This document shows positions 12,953 to 26,000 of a DNA stretch of 64,000 bases, one piece after another (within the stretch, counting starts at the first letter, position 1; every line of letters begins with the position of its first letter). The translations under genes and the position numbers were made by a program. The notes under the pieces are model-generated. The model saw only the letters and a list, made by a program, of their open reading frames with translations. It did not search any database and was not told the DNA's origin. The stretch comes from Owenia fusiformis. Taxonomy: Eukaryota. The stretch covers positions 5,704,001-5,768,000 of the forward strand of contig CAIIXF020000001.1 of NCBI GenBank assembly GCA_903813345.2. Direction: 5' to 3'.

Positions 12953-15900
12953 CTACTCCAATTTGTTTTCTTCCTGGAATTTTTTCTCCCAATCTGCTTC
13001 TCGCTTTTTCTCCATTATTTCAATACACTTCTGAAGCTTCACTCTCTGAAACAGATTTAAAAAAGAAAATGTACATATATTTAGATGCAGGAAGCAACAT
13101 GAACATTTGGTAATCTTAAGTTAATAAAAACAATCTATGATAAATAATATCAGAAATTCATCATGTCATCTATCCCTGATCCTCTATGTTAGTTTCAAAG
13201 CACAGTGCTATAACCTTCTATGTAAATGATAAGTTATTAATATTACTGATTATTGCAGGATTCATACTTTTACAAGTAGCAGGAAAATTCAATTATATAT
13301 GTATATATATTACACGGCTTTGTATAAAAAACTTTGTACGTCATACCCACATACCAAGGTACGACAGGAGATTGAATAAGCTTAATATTTTAATAAAAAT
13401 TGAACCCTTCAAAGACTGTATCATGCACCATGTCTATGGGTAAGAGGTACAAGGTTTATTATACAAAGCCATATTACACTTACATTTTCTACACTATCTC
13501 CATGAAACAGTTCTTTCTGAAAGAAAAAATAGCATTTTTAATAATGTAATAATATAAGATCTATTTGCCAAGCTAAAGTACTTCATCAATCTTATGGGAT
13601 GCTCCCTTATTGACATTATTTAATAATAGGACTGAATCCTGAGAATAATATTTGAACACTTTTATCAGAGAATCCCAAGCCAACCAATCTGCAGTCTTTA
13701 CAGTGCTAGTGCACAAGTTACTTTATTTTTTCTTTCTGAGCAATATTCCTGACAACATTGATATGATTGGTAACAGTATAATATTCCAATAATAAATAAT
13801 TATAAATCTATATGATGATATCAGTTAAGTGATTTTTACACTGAGCACCAAAGACACTGGGATTAAAAAGAGCTTTCTATATGAAGAAAAGAATAATTTT
13901 ATACTTAATATTTAAAGAATTTGGGAAATAATCATGTGATAAAGGTCCATGTGCAGTATGGCAAGTGATTTTAGACTGTCATATCTTTCACCATGAGTAC
14001 TTTCTGGGCATAAATACAATGTTTTTTTATTAAAACAATGTTTTGTTTCAAGTGAAGTACCCATGATGATAAAAATATCAATCGAACATTTCGAAAAATT
14101 ACGAATAGGGACCCCATGTCAACAATTTTTTCAAAATGTTGAACATATTTACTAAAACGAGGATCTCCCTTTTCTGATTTTTATTGCATGAAAAGATCAC
14201 TTAAAAAGGGTTCTAAAACTTCTTCAAAAGTAGAATGGTATTTAAAGTCTAGTTTTGAAGATATCAATTTCCGATGACCAAAATTATGCTGAAAACAATA
14301 GCACAAGTTTTCCCTATGGGAATATAACATATGTGGTTTTTAACTTTAACACATTTCAATACCAATCCCCTTTTCAGAAGTTGTAAATATAGTGTAGAAG
14401 AAACTTTTTATATGGCTAAATCGTGAAAAACGAGATCCTCTTTTTAGAAAATAAGCCTAACATTTTTTAAAAAGTGCCCAGATGGGGACCTAAACCATAA
14501 TTTTCAGAGAGTTGGATTGATATTTTACTATCACTGGAACTTCACTTGAAAGAAAACATATTGTTTTTATATTTATATTTATTATTACAATATTTATGGG
14601 AAATGAGATAATTTATGCTTGAAGAAGACTAGATACTGACAAAGTATCATTTCTGTCATTATTACACTTTGACTTTAATTAGCTCTAGAGCTTCCAATTC
14701 TAGGCTGTTTCAAATCTAAAAAATTCTCAGTCATCCCCAACGCCCTCCCCCTTCTGACGCCAATGTATAGTATGGATATAGGATGAATTATAACAAACTA
14801 CACAATATACATACTCTTTTAGACATCATCCAAGACTCAAAGGACTCTGGCTGATTGAAATACCAAAACAAGGTTACTGGAAATGTCATGTAACATCCCA
14901 TCTGAAATAAAAGTTAAATTTTATGATTACTCAATTCACTATAGTCAAAACAGTAATGTTTGTGAGTACTTTGAATTTAAAAAATAAGAATTTAAAAAAT
15001 AAGCAATCAAATTACCAAATTGAAACAATTTATGTAAAAATAGAAACATTTATATTTATCCTAACTTTTGTATAGTTTTGTTTGTTTTCTAGTTTAGCTA
15101 TCATATCTGTGTCCTCTTATATTTTGATACTTCTCTGCCATGTTATTTTTGGAAAAATTAACATGGCTGAAACTCCCAAAATTACAAAAGGCCACAGCTT
15201 TGCTGCACATTATACATTACTATCTGAAATATACAAAAGTTAGGATAAATATAAATGTTTCTATTTTTACATAAATTGTTTCAATTGGTCATTTGATTGC
15301 TTATTTTTTAAATTCAAAGTACTCACAAACATTACTGTTTTGACTATAAATAGCATCTTAAAATCGTAAAATGTTCTAGGAAGTGGCCCACCCTCAAAAA
15401 TATGCTGAATTTTCAAAATGCCGTTCTGCCATTTTGAAATCTGTCACGAGTAAATAAGGTTACCTGATGTTGCTTTCTGGGAGTCAATCCTTCTTGGATC
15501 ACAAACATGGCGATTCATGAAAACATTCGTTTGATTTGGTAGGAATTTATCCATCATTTGCAGGTATGAAGCTTTGGATTCATTTATTGTGCTACTTAAA
15601 GTCAATGGGAATTATTTTTCTTCCGCTTGGGAGAGTTTGAGACACGAAACTTAGAATTTAGCTCATTGTGCCAACTTTTGAGGGTTGAGATTTATTTTTG
15701 CACCCCACTTTAAGGTGTACAGCTGGAAAATAACATTTTGGTAAAAAATTGCTATACCAGCACATGTTATTTTCTGGTACAAAATAAAGTATAAAGGCAT
15801 GTGTCAATTTCCTTGCTTTTTTCAGGAAAGTATCATTACATTGTCTTCTTTTATAATATCTGGGAGGAGTTCAATGGGAACTCCAGGAAATTCTGATATT

Positions 15901-18900
15901 TCACACTTTCTATTTTTCCAAATTTTCTTTCAAAGTTTCCAGACAACACAGAAGCTACCATTGACTTAACCAAACCCGTCTGGCCCAGTAATCTACTCCC
16001 GATTCTGAATTGTCGTAGATCTAGGGCCAGACAAGGTCCAATGCAAAAAAGGGGATATTTACTCCGGAAAAAACACACTGCTGAATCATCACTTATTATT
16101 CATTCCCTATTAGCCATCCAACCAAAACATCGGGTACCATGTAAACCCAAGTATTTATTTGAAATAAAGAGAACATAACTTACGCGTTAATGTGGTGTTT
16201 TGTTTGTTATATTGATGTTGAAATGGGCACAACATTTCGTCAATATTTTGTCAGTTCTCCGCACCGAATAAAGTCACGTAATACGAGTGTGACGCGATAA
16301 TTTTTAAACTTTCATGGAACGAAAATACATTTCCCGGGAATCAATACATTCCAAATATTACGATTTGTTCAGCAGATTTGTTATCAAAACATAGATTACT
16401 TTATAAAACAGACGTGTCTGTGTTGTATTTAAACTGGAAAGAAATATGGTGGGCATTAAATACGATTTTTCAATTTGTTGAACTGACGGAATGTAGTACT
16501 GAACGAAATAAGCAGCCAAGACTTCTCGATATTCTACGAGATCACGAACAGATTGCAGAAGAATTTTTCTTTTTGCTGCGTTTAGACGTTTCGTTCTTAT
16601 TTATTAGCCGTCATCCAGCGATGGAAACCTAATATAAATACAAAGTTTGATACAAGGAACAAACACGTAAGTGATTTTTATGATGTTTATTCATTTATCA
16701 GCACGTATTATACATTGAAAAACCAGTGTGTTTTTTCCGGAGTAAATACCCCATTTTTTGCATTGGATCGAGTCTGGCCCAGATCTACGACGTCAGGAGT
16801 AGATAACTGGGCCAGACGGGTTTGGTTACCATTGACTTACTCGAGTCTCTAGCCAATACTTGGCTAGAGGGGATTTCATCTGGAATACTGTGAACTCCAT
16901 TTGAAAAAAGCTGGCCGCCGTGTCATAATTTTATTGAATATTTTAAAAATCACCAGATAAATAAATCATTAATCAAAACGGACCCCGCTCAGCTCCTTAA
17001 TGAGATCATGGGCTAGTGATCTAGTTGAAAGCCCATGATGAGATATGACATGATTTCATCAGGATTTCGTCTAAAATTAAAACAAAATGGCTCCAAGAAA
17101 AATGGTGATGTTCGAAAACTGGACAAAATGTTGTTAATGTCTGATATTAGTAACTGGCTGTAAATTCTAAGTTAGCGATCCAGAAGATGTGAACTAATAC
17201 ACTGATCACTTTATTTGTGTTTTGGAATTTTTGGTGAGGTAATAAGACCAAAACTCGCAATTCAAATTGCTGCCCTGTCAACCCTCACGCATTAGGCGTG
17301 ATTGTCACGCATTTGCTGGAAAGATAGAAATCACGCATCAATTTAGCGTGTATGATCAAATATCACGCATTTTTATGATCAAATATCACGCAAATCACGC
17401 ATTTTGCTGAAATTTTAAAAATCATTTTTTGTGAAATGCCGATACGGTAAAATACTGAACGGCGAAAAAAAGCGAACGCATTCCGTTCAGTCTTTGCACG
17501 CGATTGCCGTTTATGTCACGCATTTGGTACAAAATATGTGTACAGACAGTGCTTGAGCAAAGCTCCATTTTTCTGCTGGTCATACGGACTGCCAATTTTG
17601 GGCATTTTTGATACTTCCGGTATTTCGGCCAATCAAATTCCTGGAGACATATACCCTAGCTGTTTCCTCGAGAAACTGATTTTAGACCAATCAAAATCTT
17701 CGAATTATATCATGTTAAATTACTCGCTTTAGCGAAAACGGAGAGGAAACTAAAAATGAAATTTCGTAAACTTTTTCATCAAATTGATGATTCAGAATCA
17801 TTGTATTCAAGGTAAGCAAATTGTACTTAAAGAAGCTACTTCGTTTTTGTGCCGGACATTCATAAGTTGGGGTAATCTGAGATATGGTGTCCATGCCGGT
17901 CAAATTGACCATCAGTTTTTAAACTCAGCTGGTCCGTTCTATGAATCTGTCAGTCATGACCGACGGACCGACGCTTAGTTCAAGCACTGTGTACAGTGGG
18001 GGACAAAAATAAAACTCAACGTTCACAAGTTGTCACAATGAGCTTATTTCAAATTGAATATTCACATGTTATGCCGACTCTTCAAATGTTGAGGTGATTA
18101 TTATTCAACTTTTGAAGTTCTTATTTGTCATTAGGGACACAAATTCCACTATATTTGGACTTACTAAGACGGAGAAAATAGAGCACTGAATACGCCGAGG
18201 TAAGAATTTATTACATGTGCGACAGCATGTAATTTTCATAGCTTTTGCAATTCTTTATGATCCCCACTGTAAATCACGCATTTGTTTCGAAAATATTCAA
18301 ACCTTCTGATTGAAAAACTGATTTCAGACTTGAAGTACAGTTGGGGACATAAATAAATGACAGGTGGATTTGCTGAAGTGAGGATTTCCCATGTTAAAAA
18401 TAAGAGAATTTACAAGAGGCCATAAATCAGTGGATGAGATTATACAAAATGTAAGATATACAAATTTTAAGGGATATGTATCTAGACAATATTTGAAATT
18501 ATGGGCTTTCAGACCACCATACTACTTTTTTCAAGGCCTGACTGCGCCGCTAACATGCTAAATATAAGAGTTAGCTGACGTTTGGGAGTCTGACTTACCT
18601 TCTAAAGGTTAGAACCCGAATCTTAATGAAACCATATCACCTTTGTTGCGTCGATGATGATGCATAAACATAGCATTTGATAGAAATTAGCGTAAATGCT
18701 TTTCCGACTTTTTCATTTTTCATCAATGTTGACTTCCGGGAAGGCGTTGTAGTTATCACGAAATAACGCATTGACCCTTGAACTTTACTTTGTTGACGTG
18801 TCAACCAAGCATGTCTGGTGTGAAAATTAAAAGAATATTAAGCAATGTTCTACATCCGCCAAGCTAAGTGAAGTAGTCAATATTTAAAATTACCAATTTC

Positions 18901-19492
18901 AAGTGAAGTACGCAACGAACGAAACTGCGTGATCTACACTCCCACTATTGGTCTGAATGAAATGCTACGTAGAAATATGAGCCGTCTGCTGTATTAGTCG
19001 ATTAATAGAGTAAGACCTGTTGGTGATGCTTTATAATTTAGACCAAAACATTGAAGAACGAACCTGTAAATCGTGAAAACAACGAACAAATATTCGGTTT
19101 TCACATATGTTCGATAATTTTTCGTATTGAAACTTCCGGAACTTACAAGGAAATCATTCATTTTCTCGATCCATGATTTACCTCTTGGATGTTGTGGCAA
19201 ATGCTCCATGGTTGACGGAACAAAGGTGATATGGTTTCATTAAGATTCGGGTTCTAACCTTTAGAAGGTAAGTCAGACTCCCAAACGTCAGCTAACTCTT
19301 ATATTTAGCATGTTAGCGGCGCAGTCAGGCCTTGAAAAAAGTAGTAATTAGGAAATGGTGATCGAAAATCGACCTGTCATTTATTTTTGTCCCCAACTGT
19401 ACCTTCCAAATCTTATGCTAGATCTATGTACTAATCTTAGTAACAACACAATTTATGATTACCTTAAATATTTCTAAAGCCCAATTCCCCAT
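12953..19492 (-). CDS. PET100: PET100 cytochrome c oxidase assembly factor homolog, 80 aa; complement(join(12953..13045,13484..13516,14815..14901,19463..19492))
   Basis: Four exons with GT-AG, phase-0 junctions: MGNWALEIFK | MGCYMTFPVTLFWYFNQPESFESWMMSKR | KELFHGDSVEN | RVKLQKCIEIMEKKREADWEKKFQEENKLE*. Matches recalled human PET100 (MGVKLEIFR MIIYLTFPVAMFWVSNQAEWFEDDVIQRK...). Absent from the ORF track because the exons are short. Confidence 0.9.
14940..15348. mobile_element. Foldback/MITE with ~120-bp inverted arms next to the PET100 exon 2 acceptor
   Basis: tatagtcaaaacagtaatgtttgtgagtactttgaattt… / …aaattcaaagtactcacaaacattactgttttgactata. Confidence 0.8.
15967..16828. mobile_element. Mutator-like non-autonomous element with 9-bp TSD
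   Basis: ~110-bp TIRs (taaccaaacccgtctggcccagt… / …actgggccagacgggtttggtta) flanked by CCATTGACT at 15958-15966 and 16829-16837. Confidence 0.8.
18338..19399. mobile_element. Tc1/mariner-like MITE (outer element) containing a nested insertion
   Basis: TA|cagttggggacataaataaatgacaggt … acctgtcatttatttttgtccccaactg|TA. Confidence 0.75.
18522..19344. mobile_element. Young TA-flanked non-autonomous element with ~125-bp apparently perfect TIRs (inner element)
   Basis: ctacttttttcaaggcctgactgcgccgct…atatcacctttgtt mirrored at 19219-19344. Confidence 0.85.
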
Positions 19493-20098
19493 TGCTTGAT
19501 ATATATCGTAAAGACTAGAAGATGATGAATTTTATTTTATTTCATAATGAAAACTCCACAGATGGCGCTGTTGAAAAGGCAGATGTATGATTGACTGAAA
19601 TAATGTTTTATCGATGCCATCCCGAGCTGTAGAACAGAATTTAAATTTTATTTGGTTTATCTTATATATACATAATTCTATAAAAATTATGAAACCGTAC
19701 AGGTTGCTTCAAATATCATGTTGATCTTGAAAGGGATCTTGAGTTTGAAATCTAGTGAAACATGTTTAAAATCCGAATAGATGGCGGAAAAAGTGGTCAG
19801 AATGCCGGGGTCAGAATATGGATTATTAAATCATATGTAATTTTAGGTACATATATATTTTTTTAACAACGGAAATACACGAACAAACAAATTGTACCAA
19901 GTTAGGATCCTAAAGATGGCTATGTGCAAATAAAGTAAACGTTTACCACCCTTGTTAGTTTCGTTCAGTGTAAATATACCTCGCTATAACCAACTTAGTA
20001 CAATTTGTTTGTTCGTGTATTTCCGTTGTTAAAAAAAACACACGTGAAAATCCAAAATATTAATATATCATTCGTTTACTCAAATAGAGAAAGAGAAA
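19493..20098. promoter_or_regulatory. Putative bidirectional promoter between PET100 (-) and NOP2 (+)
   Basis: The two start codons are about 600 bp apart, head-to-head. AGATGGCG (YY1-like) motifs near 19560, 19780 and a related AGATGGC near 19914. Confidence 0.6.
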
Positions 20099-23000
20099 AT
20101 GGGACAGAAGCGGGACTTTACAGAGAGACTAAAGAGAGGACCAGGCAGATCGTCAAAGAAGCAAAAACCGCCTCAGATGCCTGTTCAATTTCGTAAAGAT
20201 GAAGGTAAAAATTCAAATTCAGCTCTAGGGTTATCTTGTTCCAACACCATCCTCTTCGTCTCTGGTCTTGGAGGGGATCCATTGAAACATACAGTATTTT
20301 TCAAAAGTCGAAATTTAACGGCGTTAGGTACGCATATATTTTTTACCTCTATCGACTTTTACACCAAAAGAAATGTTCTCCCCAACGACGTTTTTTATTA
20401 TACATTTTATCAAAACATTCTTCTTTCCATTCTTTTCTAGCTACATTATTGCACAAAACTGGAAGATGTAGACAATATTGGGATAGTCATATAAATCCGA
20501 CTGTTGTATGCTGTTCTTCGATGTTCCTTGTTCCTTGTTCTTATTTGGATATTTTTAGATTTTACATCATTTTCTTAAAGCATACACGGTCGTAGATATG
20601 ACAGCTAACATATTGCGGGAAACGCTTTCCTGGCCTGTCTGGATAACCATACCAACCAAAGTCACACAAATTATCGACTTATTATTTTGCTCCAACATCA
20701 AAGTGTTAAGGTCAGGGTGCATGATGGGAAATTTTCTGCATCCTTCAATTGAGTCACATGTTATTTTTCAAACAAGAATCACTCCTTCCCCACATTGTCT
20801 ACACCTTCCAAGTTTGCACAAAGAGTGCACTTATGTGCCTAGAAAAGACTTGTGAGAAGATTTGTTTTGTAAAATGTATAAAAAACGAGAAAATTCAGTG
20901 AAAAAAATTTCTGAAAATTTTCTGAATTTTTTCACTGAATTTTCTTGTTTTTTATACACTTTATCAAAACATTCTTCTCACAAGTCTTTTCTAGGCACAT
21001 AAGTGCACTCTTTGTGCAAAAGTGAAAGATATAGACAATGTGGGGAAGGAGTGATTCTTGTTTGAAAAATAACATGTGACTCAATTGAGGGATACAGAAA
21101 ATTTCCCATCATGCACCCTGACCTTAAATCTTACCTTAGACATGTAAAACGCTTCATAATTGACAAAATATAATCAATTGAAGTATATTTTCATTATCGC
21201 CCGCCATATTGCTAAATGTTGTTTACGGTAGTCTAAATGTAAAACTATATCGAAACGGAATCATAATTATTCATTACACAGAGATTCAAAAGCCGTTCTC
21301 TCATACTACTCACTTTTCTCATTTCTGAAACAATAACTTTTCCACGTACCAAGCGTTTTACGTGCCTAAGGTTAAATGCTCCAGGGCTCAAGGGATAACC
21401 CCTGGTGCAGTATGAATGCTCACAGTGCTATTTGTTATGAAACCTTCACCACTGTTTTCCAGGGTCATAGACTCATAGAAACAGGTACTTATGGAATGAA
21501 ATTATTTTAGCCTGCACATGTTATTTTCTGGTACAAAATAAAGTAAGAATATATGCATGTTTTTCCTAGCTTTTTTGAGGAAAGTATCATTACATTGCCT
21601 TCCTTTAGTAAAACTATAAACAGGTCAATGGTAACTCCAGTGTTGTCAAGAAACTTTGAGAAAAAATTAGAAAGCATGAAATATCAACATTTCCTGGAGT
21701 TACCATTGACCTCTTATCACACACAACACAACCAATTAAGACATTATGGAATTTGCCAGATAATGTCCTGATCACTGAAGTGAAGAATTCTAACTTGATG
21801 GTTGGAGCAGCTGGGTATACTTGCTGACAGTTAGTTGTTCTGTTGATTTTTTCAATATACAAAATGTTTATAATATTCCATGTTTTTCAGATGAAGCACC
21901 TAAAAACCTTTCCAGTAGAGCCAAAAAGAGGTAATATTTAGTATACTCTGTGTTATCCATTCTTATTTATTATTGATGGGAAAAACTTACTTGCTGGGTA
22001 TATGAGGGGGGGGGGGTACTTTATCTTACACTTAGTTTTCACCTTATGAATCACAAGAAAGTGGTGTCACAGCTGGGACCTGGCACTTTTGGGTCTACTT
22101 ATCTAATTCCAAGACTTGAAGCCTTTAGAGGGTTTAATTTCCACCTACTTTATAAATGTTGAAAATTGACGGTGTTAGATATGCATATATTTCTAATATA
22201 AAGTGGGTTTGATTTTATGTTTATATATATTTGACATGTATCAATTATGAGGATTGTAACTTGATATTAGTATAAACTTAATTATCCCGACAATACACAA
22301 AAGCGTGGTTTTAAGGTTGGGAGAATTTGGCGGCAGGGCACGCCTTAAGCGTCGGACAGCTGGTCATTATCTGGTTACTTTTGATACTGACCAGTTGATT
22401 TTTTCACTAGGTATAGGAAAATAACATTGCAACTGGTCAGTAATGCCTTTTTGACCAGCAGCTCTGGAATCCTTAGGGCATACACTGTTTGGCGGACCAA
22501 TGAAAATTTGTCCCATTTAATGCGATGCATAGAAGAAGATATTTATGTTAATTTCCATGTCTTTGTCGCGTAAAAATCTATTGAAGCAATGTTACTTCTG
22601 CAAAATTCAAGACTGAGTGATGGTACCCAAAAACCTTGAACAAAAGTCTATTAATGCAAGTTACTGAGATATAGCTTGTTGCAAGGGTTCACATTTTTTG
22701 ACCATCCTGTAGATCATTTTTGAAGTGAATGTGTTTCCGTTTAACTTTCTAGGATGAAGAATCGTTTAAAGAAGAAAGCCTCACTTGAAGCAGGAAAAGC
22801 CAAGAAGCCAATTAAGAATGTAGTAGACCTTGGCAGTGGAGGAGAGAAGAGTGATAGTGGTAAAAAATGTTTTCAACTAACTTGAAGTTCATTTTCTCTT
22901 TGTCTTTGTCTACTCCCAGAGGCCTAAGATGATATAGTTTGATTATTCTCACTACTGACCATTCGTCAGTCAAGGTGAAAACACTTAATTACCAGTTGAT

Positions 23001-26000
23001 GGATTAGGTCCATATTTTAGCTGATGGGCATCGGACCTCTGCTTAAGAGAATTATCTAATACCCTGCCATTTTATTTACCACGAATCAGTCACCTGGTGG
23101 TGAAAATGGTAACTACCAACTTTCATCTTTGTAATTCAAAGTGGCCACCATTTTATGTGATTCTCCGATACCATTTGACAGATTTGGTTCTAATTAAGGA
23201 CCTTCTTCTCAAGGAGACATTTTTAAGGTGGACGTTGCATTAAAAATGTCCACTATTTTCATGAAATAATGTACTCTTTAATAATTTATCTAATTTTCTA
23301 TGCTGATTGATGCCTTATGCCTCAGTTGCATTTGATCTATAGCAACCATACAGCTGCCAACCCTTCCAATATCGAGAGAAGTATTCAGCATAAAATATAG
23401 AGATAAGCAGTACAATGTAGAATTTGTAGAGTTATTTTGTGAAGCTATACATGTTCGCCATATGCACCCCGTAGATCAAATGTGACTCAGGGACTTTAGG
23501 CATAAAGAAGAAAATTTCAAGATGGCTGCCTAATTAAAGATTGACACTATTTTTCATAATAAAATGCAATTTTTACAACTGAGATACCAATTATCAGATT
23601 TGGTCTAAATTTTGAATGCAGATGTGTTGTGGGAATAGGACTTCTTCGAGAAGGAACTCCATATAAAGTATGGCTTCTCAAAATGGCTGCCACTATTTCA
23701 TGCATTTTCATACATTATTCGTAGTTCAAATGCTGTCTGATACTATACATATTTGAAATACTCTCCCACATTTTGCATACTGTTATACATACATGAAATG
23801 TACCCATGTATGCTTATAGATTTAAGTGCTTTTTCCTCTGATGATGAAGATCTATTCCCTGACCATGATGAAGTAGAAGCTCCATTGGGTGAATCTGACA
23901 GTGATGCAGTTGAAAGTGATGAGGAAGATGTTAGTGGAGAGGAGGAGGTTGAAGACAGTGATGAGACAGAAGAAGCACAAGGGCCTGCTAAGAAAAAGTC
24001 CATACAGAAAGGATATTCTGGTATTTTATGAAACAAAAAATAATACATTACGATTTTTGTGATTTACGTTAATTTTTGTCATTCCATCTATCCTCTCCTT
24101 TCAACCTGACTTTATGACACTACATAGGTCACTTCTACAGATTTCAGTTGAAGTCAGTTTAGTTAATGATATGATTGAAATCTGGAAATACAAGTTTATT
24201 TTTCAATGTAGGAATCTGGCGTGATCTACTTTATATTTATCTACTGAAAAAAAATTATTATCAATATTGTGTGTGAGTATGTAGTCATGGACTTGTTATT
24301 GTAGATGACAACAAGTCTTGGTTGACACCTTCCAAGAAATCCAGTTTGCCTATGGATGATGATGAGTCTGAGGATGAAGATGAAAGTACGGATGATGAAG
24401 ATGATGACATGGTAGGCATTCATCTCGAGAAAATACTTCGATTAATTTGTCATTTTTGAAATATTTCAGTGTGATTCTGTTGAACCACAAGTGGGTGACA
24501 CAAATATTTCATTCTATTAAGGGGAATAGTGCAACAGTGCACAAGTGGTATTTCATGAAGCATGAAGAGCTAGTGGAATATTATATTGTGAAAGTGCCAC
24601 ATGTATTCCTCAAAACTAAGATTAAATATTTATTTTGTTATATTACTGTCTAGCTCACTATCCTTAATATTATTACAAATAAATACAATCATTTATATAG
24701 GTAAAAACTTGAATATTACAGTGTAATTCTGCTAAACCTTGGTTAAATTTCAAGCTAAAGTTCCACAGCTAATTAATTTGTGGGTGACCATGTTGTTTTC
24801 TGGTTGCCATTTTAGAAGTGTTTTCATTGTCCTTTCAGGAAAATTGCTCACTGTTTCTTATATCCATTTTGAATCATTAGGGATGCTTTTTAGTACGACA
24901 TTCTGCAATTGATTAGTTTTTGGGCATTCTCTGTAAATCTTGGTAACATTTGTCAGCCGTTATGAAGATTCCATCAAAAACTTGCTAGTAATGTCTTGTC
25001 TATGCATTTATTGCCAAAACCGTTGATGGGTTAATTTGAAATTTTTGGGTATGCTTTGATATCAAACTCTACAACTTAATATTTTTGGGCATACTCAGTA
25101 AATTCTTTGATGGCCATTTTGGATTTTTCGTCCTAAAATCTTGTCTCTTCAATTGATTATTGTTGGGCATTCAGGATGAAAAATCTCTATACCTATGGGG
25201 ATATATTGCAAATGTTTGTGTCCTTGTCATATTATTTGAATTGTGTTACAGAAAGATGACTTTAGTGACAAAGAGGAGAGTTCCAATTCAGAGGACAGTG
25301 ATGAATCAACTGATGGAGACAATGATGAGGATGGCGACGATGATGAAAAGGTAAAGTTGGAATGAATAGTTAATGTGTCCTCAATAGCTCTTGTAAAATA
25401 CATTTATTACATCGTGCTGGCTATAAAGGTTATAACTTAATATTTAGACACTGTCTATCATAAATGCAGTGCTCCCTCAACATTAATTTAGGCATCATCT
25501 TTTATTTGAAGGACCATGCCTGGACAAGGCCTTTTGTTCCTTCTAGAAACTCGAAAGCAAACAAATTTGCAAGAATTAACTAATTCTAAATTCAGAACTC
25601 TGAGATTAATAAGGCCACCATCAAACATGTGAGAAATGGATGCACTTTAAAATATACATTTAATTTTGAGTGAATTCATTGTACATCTCCTTGATAATTT
25701 CAGTTTGCTATTATCAACTCCAAATTGTGAATATATTTGAATTTGTTTAAACTATGATTTTGGGACAAAGTTGTCAAATGTGAACCCCTTGGTATTTTTA
25801 AAAAGTGAACCCCAGTTGTCAAAAGCTTGCTATGGGCTTGGAAGTTCACTGTACTCAGGTTTACATTTTGTACTGGACAAAATTAATTTTGCCAAGTTTT
25901 GTTTGAGGTTTGGGTATATTTGTTTGGGTATATTTGTATATAAAGAGTTACACCTTTAGTTGAAAATGAAACTATGAAATAACATATCTTCTATAATTGG

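Noticed and set aside
12888-12992. 35-aa N-terminal extension of the 329-aa ORF (MGEKIPGRKQ…)
   Set aside because: It starts at TTG and overlaps the PET100 last exon in another frame; FRA10AC1 similarity begins at the ATG at 12887
12953-13019. Programmed -1 frameshift fusing PET100 to FRA10AC1
   Set aside because: The FRA10AC1 frame is open over the last ~22 PET100 codons and there are A-runs, but no in-frame canonical X XXY YYZ heptamer or evident downstream structure
15464-15560. Minus-strand ATG-to-donor segment (MMDKFLPNQ…) as an alternative first exon for the PET100/FRA10AC1 locus
   Set aside because: Its phase-1 donor is incompatible with the phase-0 PET100 exons and it has no recognisable homology
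22921-23010. Possible intronic box C/D snoRNA in NOP2 intron 3
   Set aside because: Box C (ATGATA) and terminal box D are non-consensus and I could not identify an rRNA or snRNA target; would need an Infernal/snoscan hit
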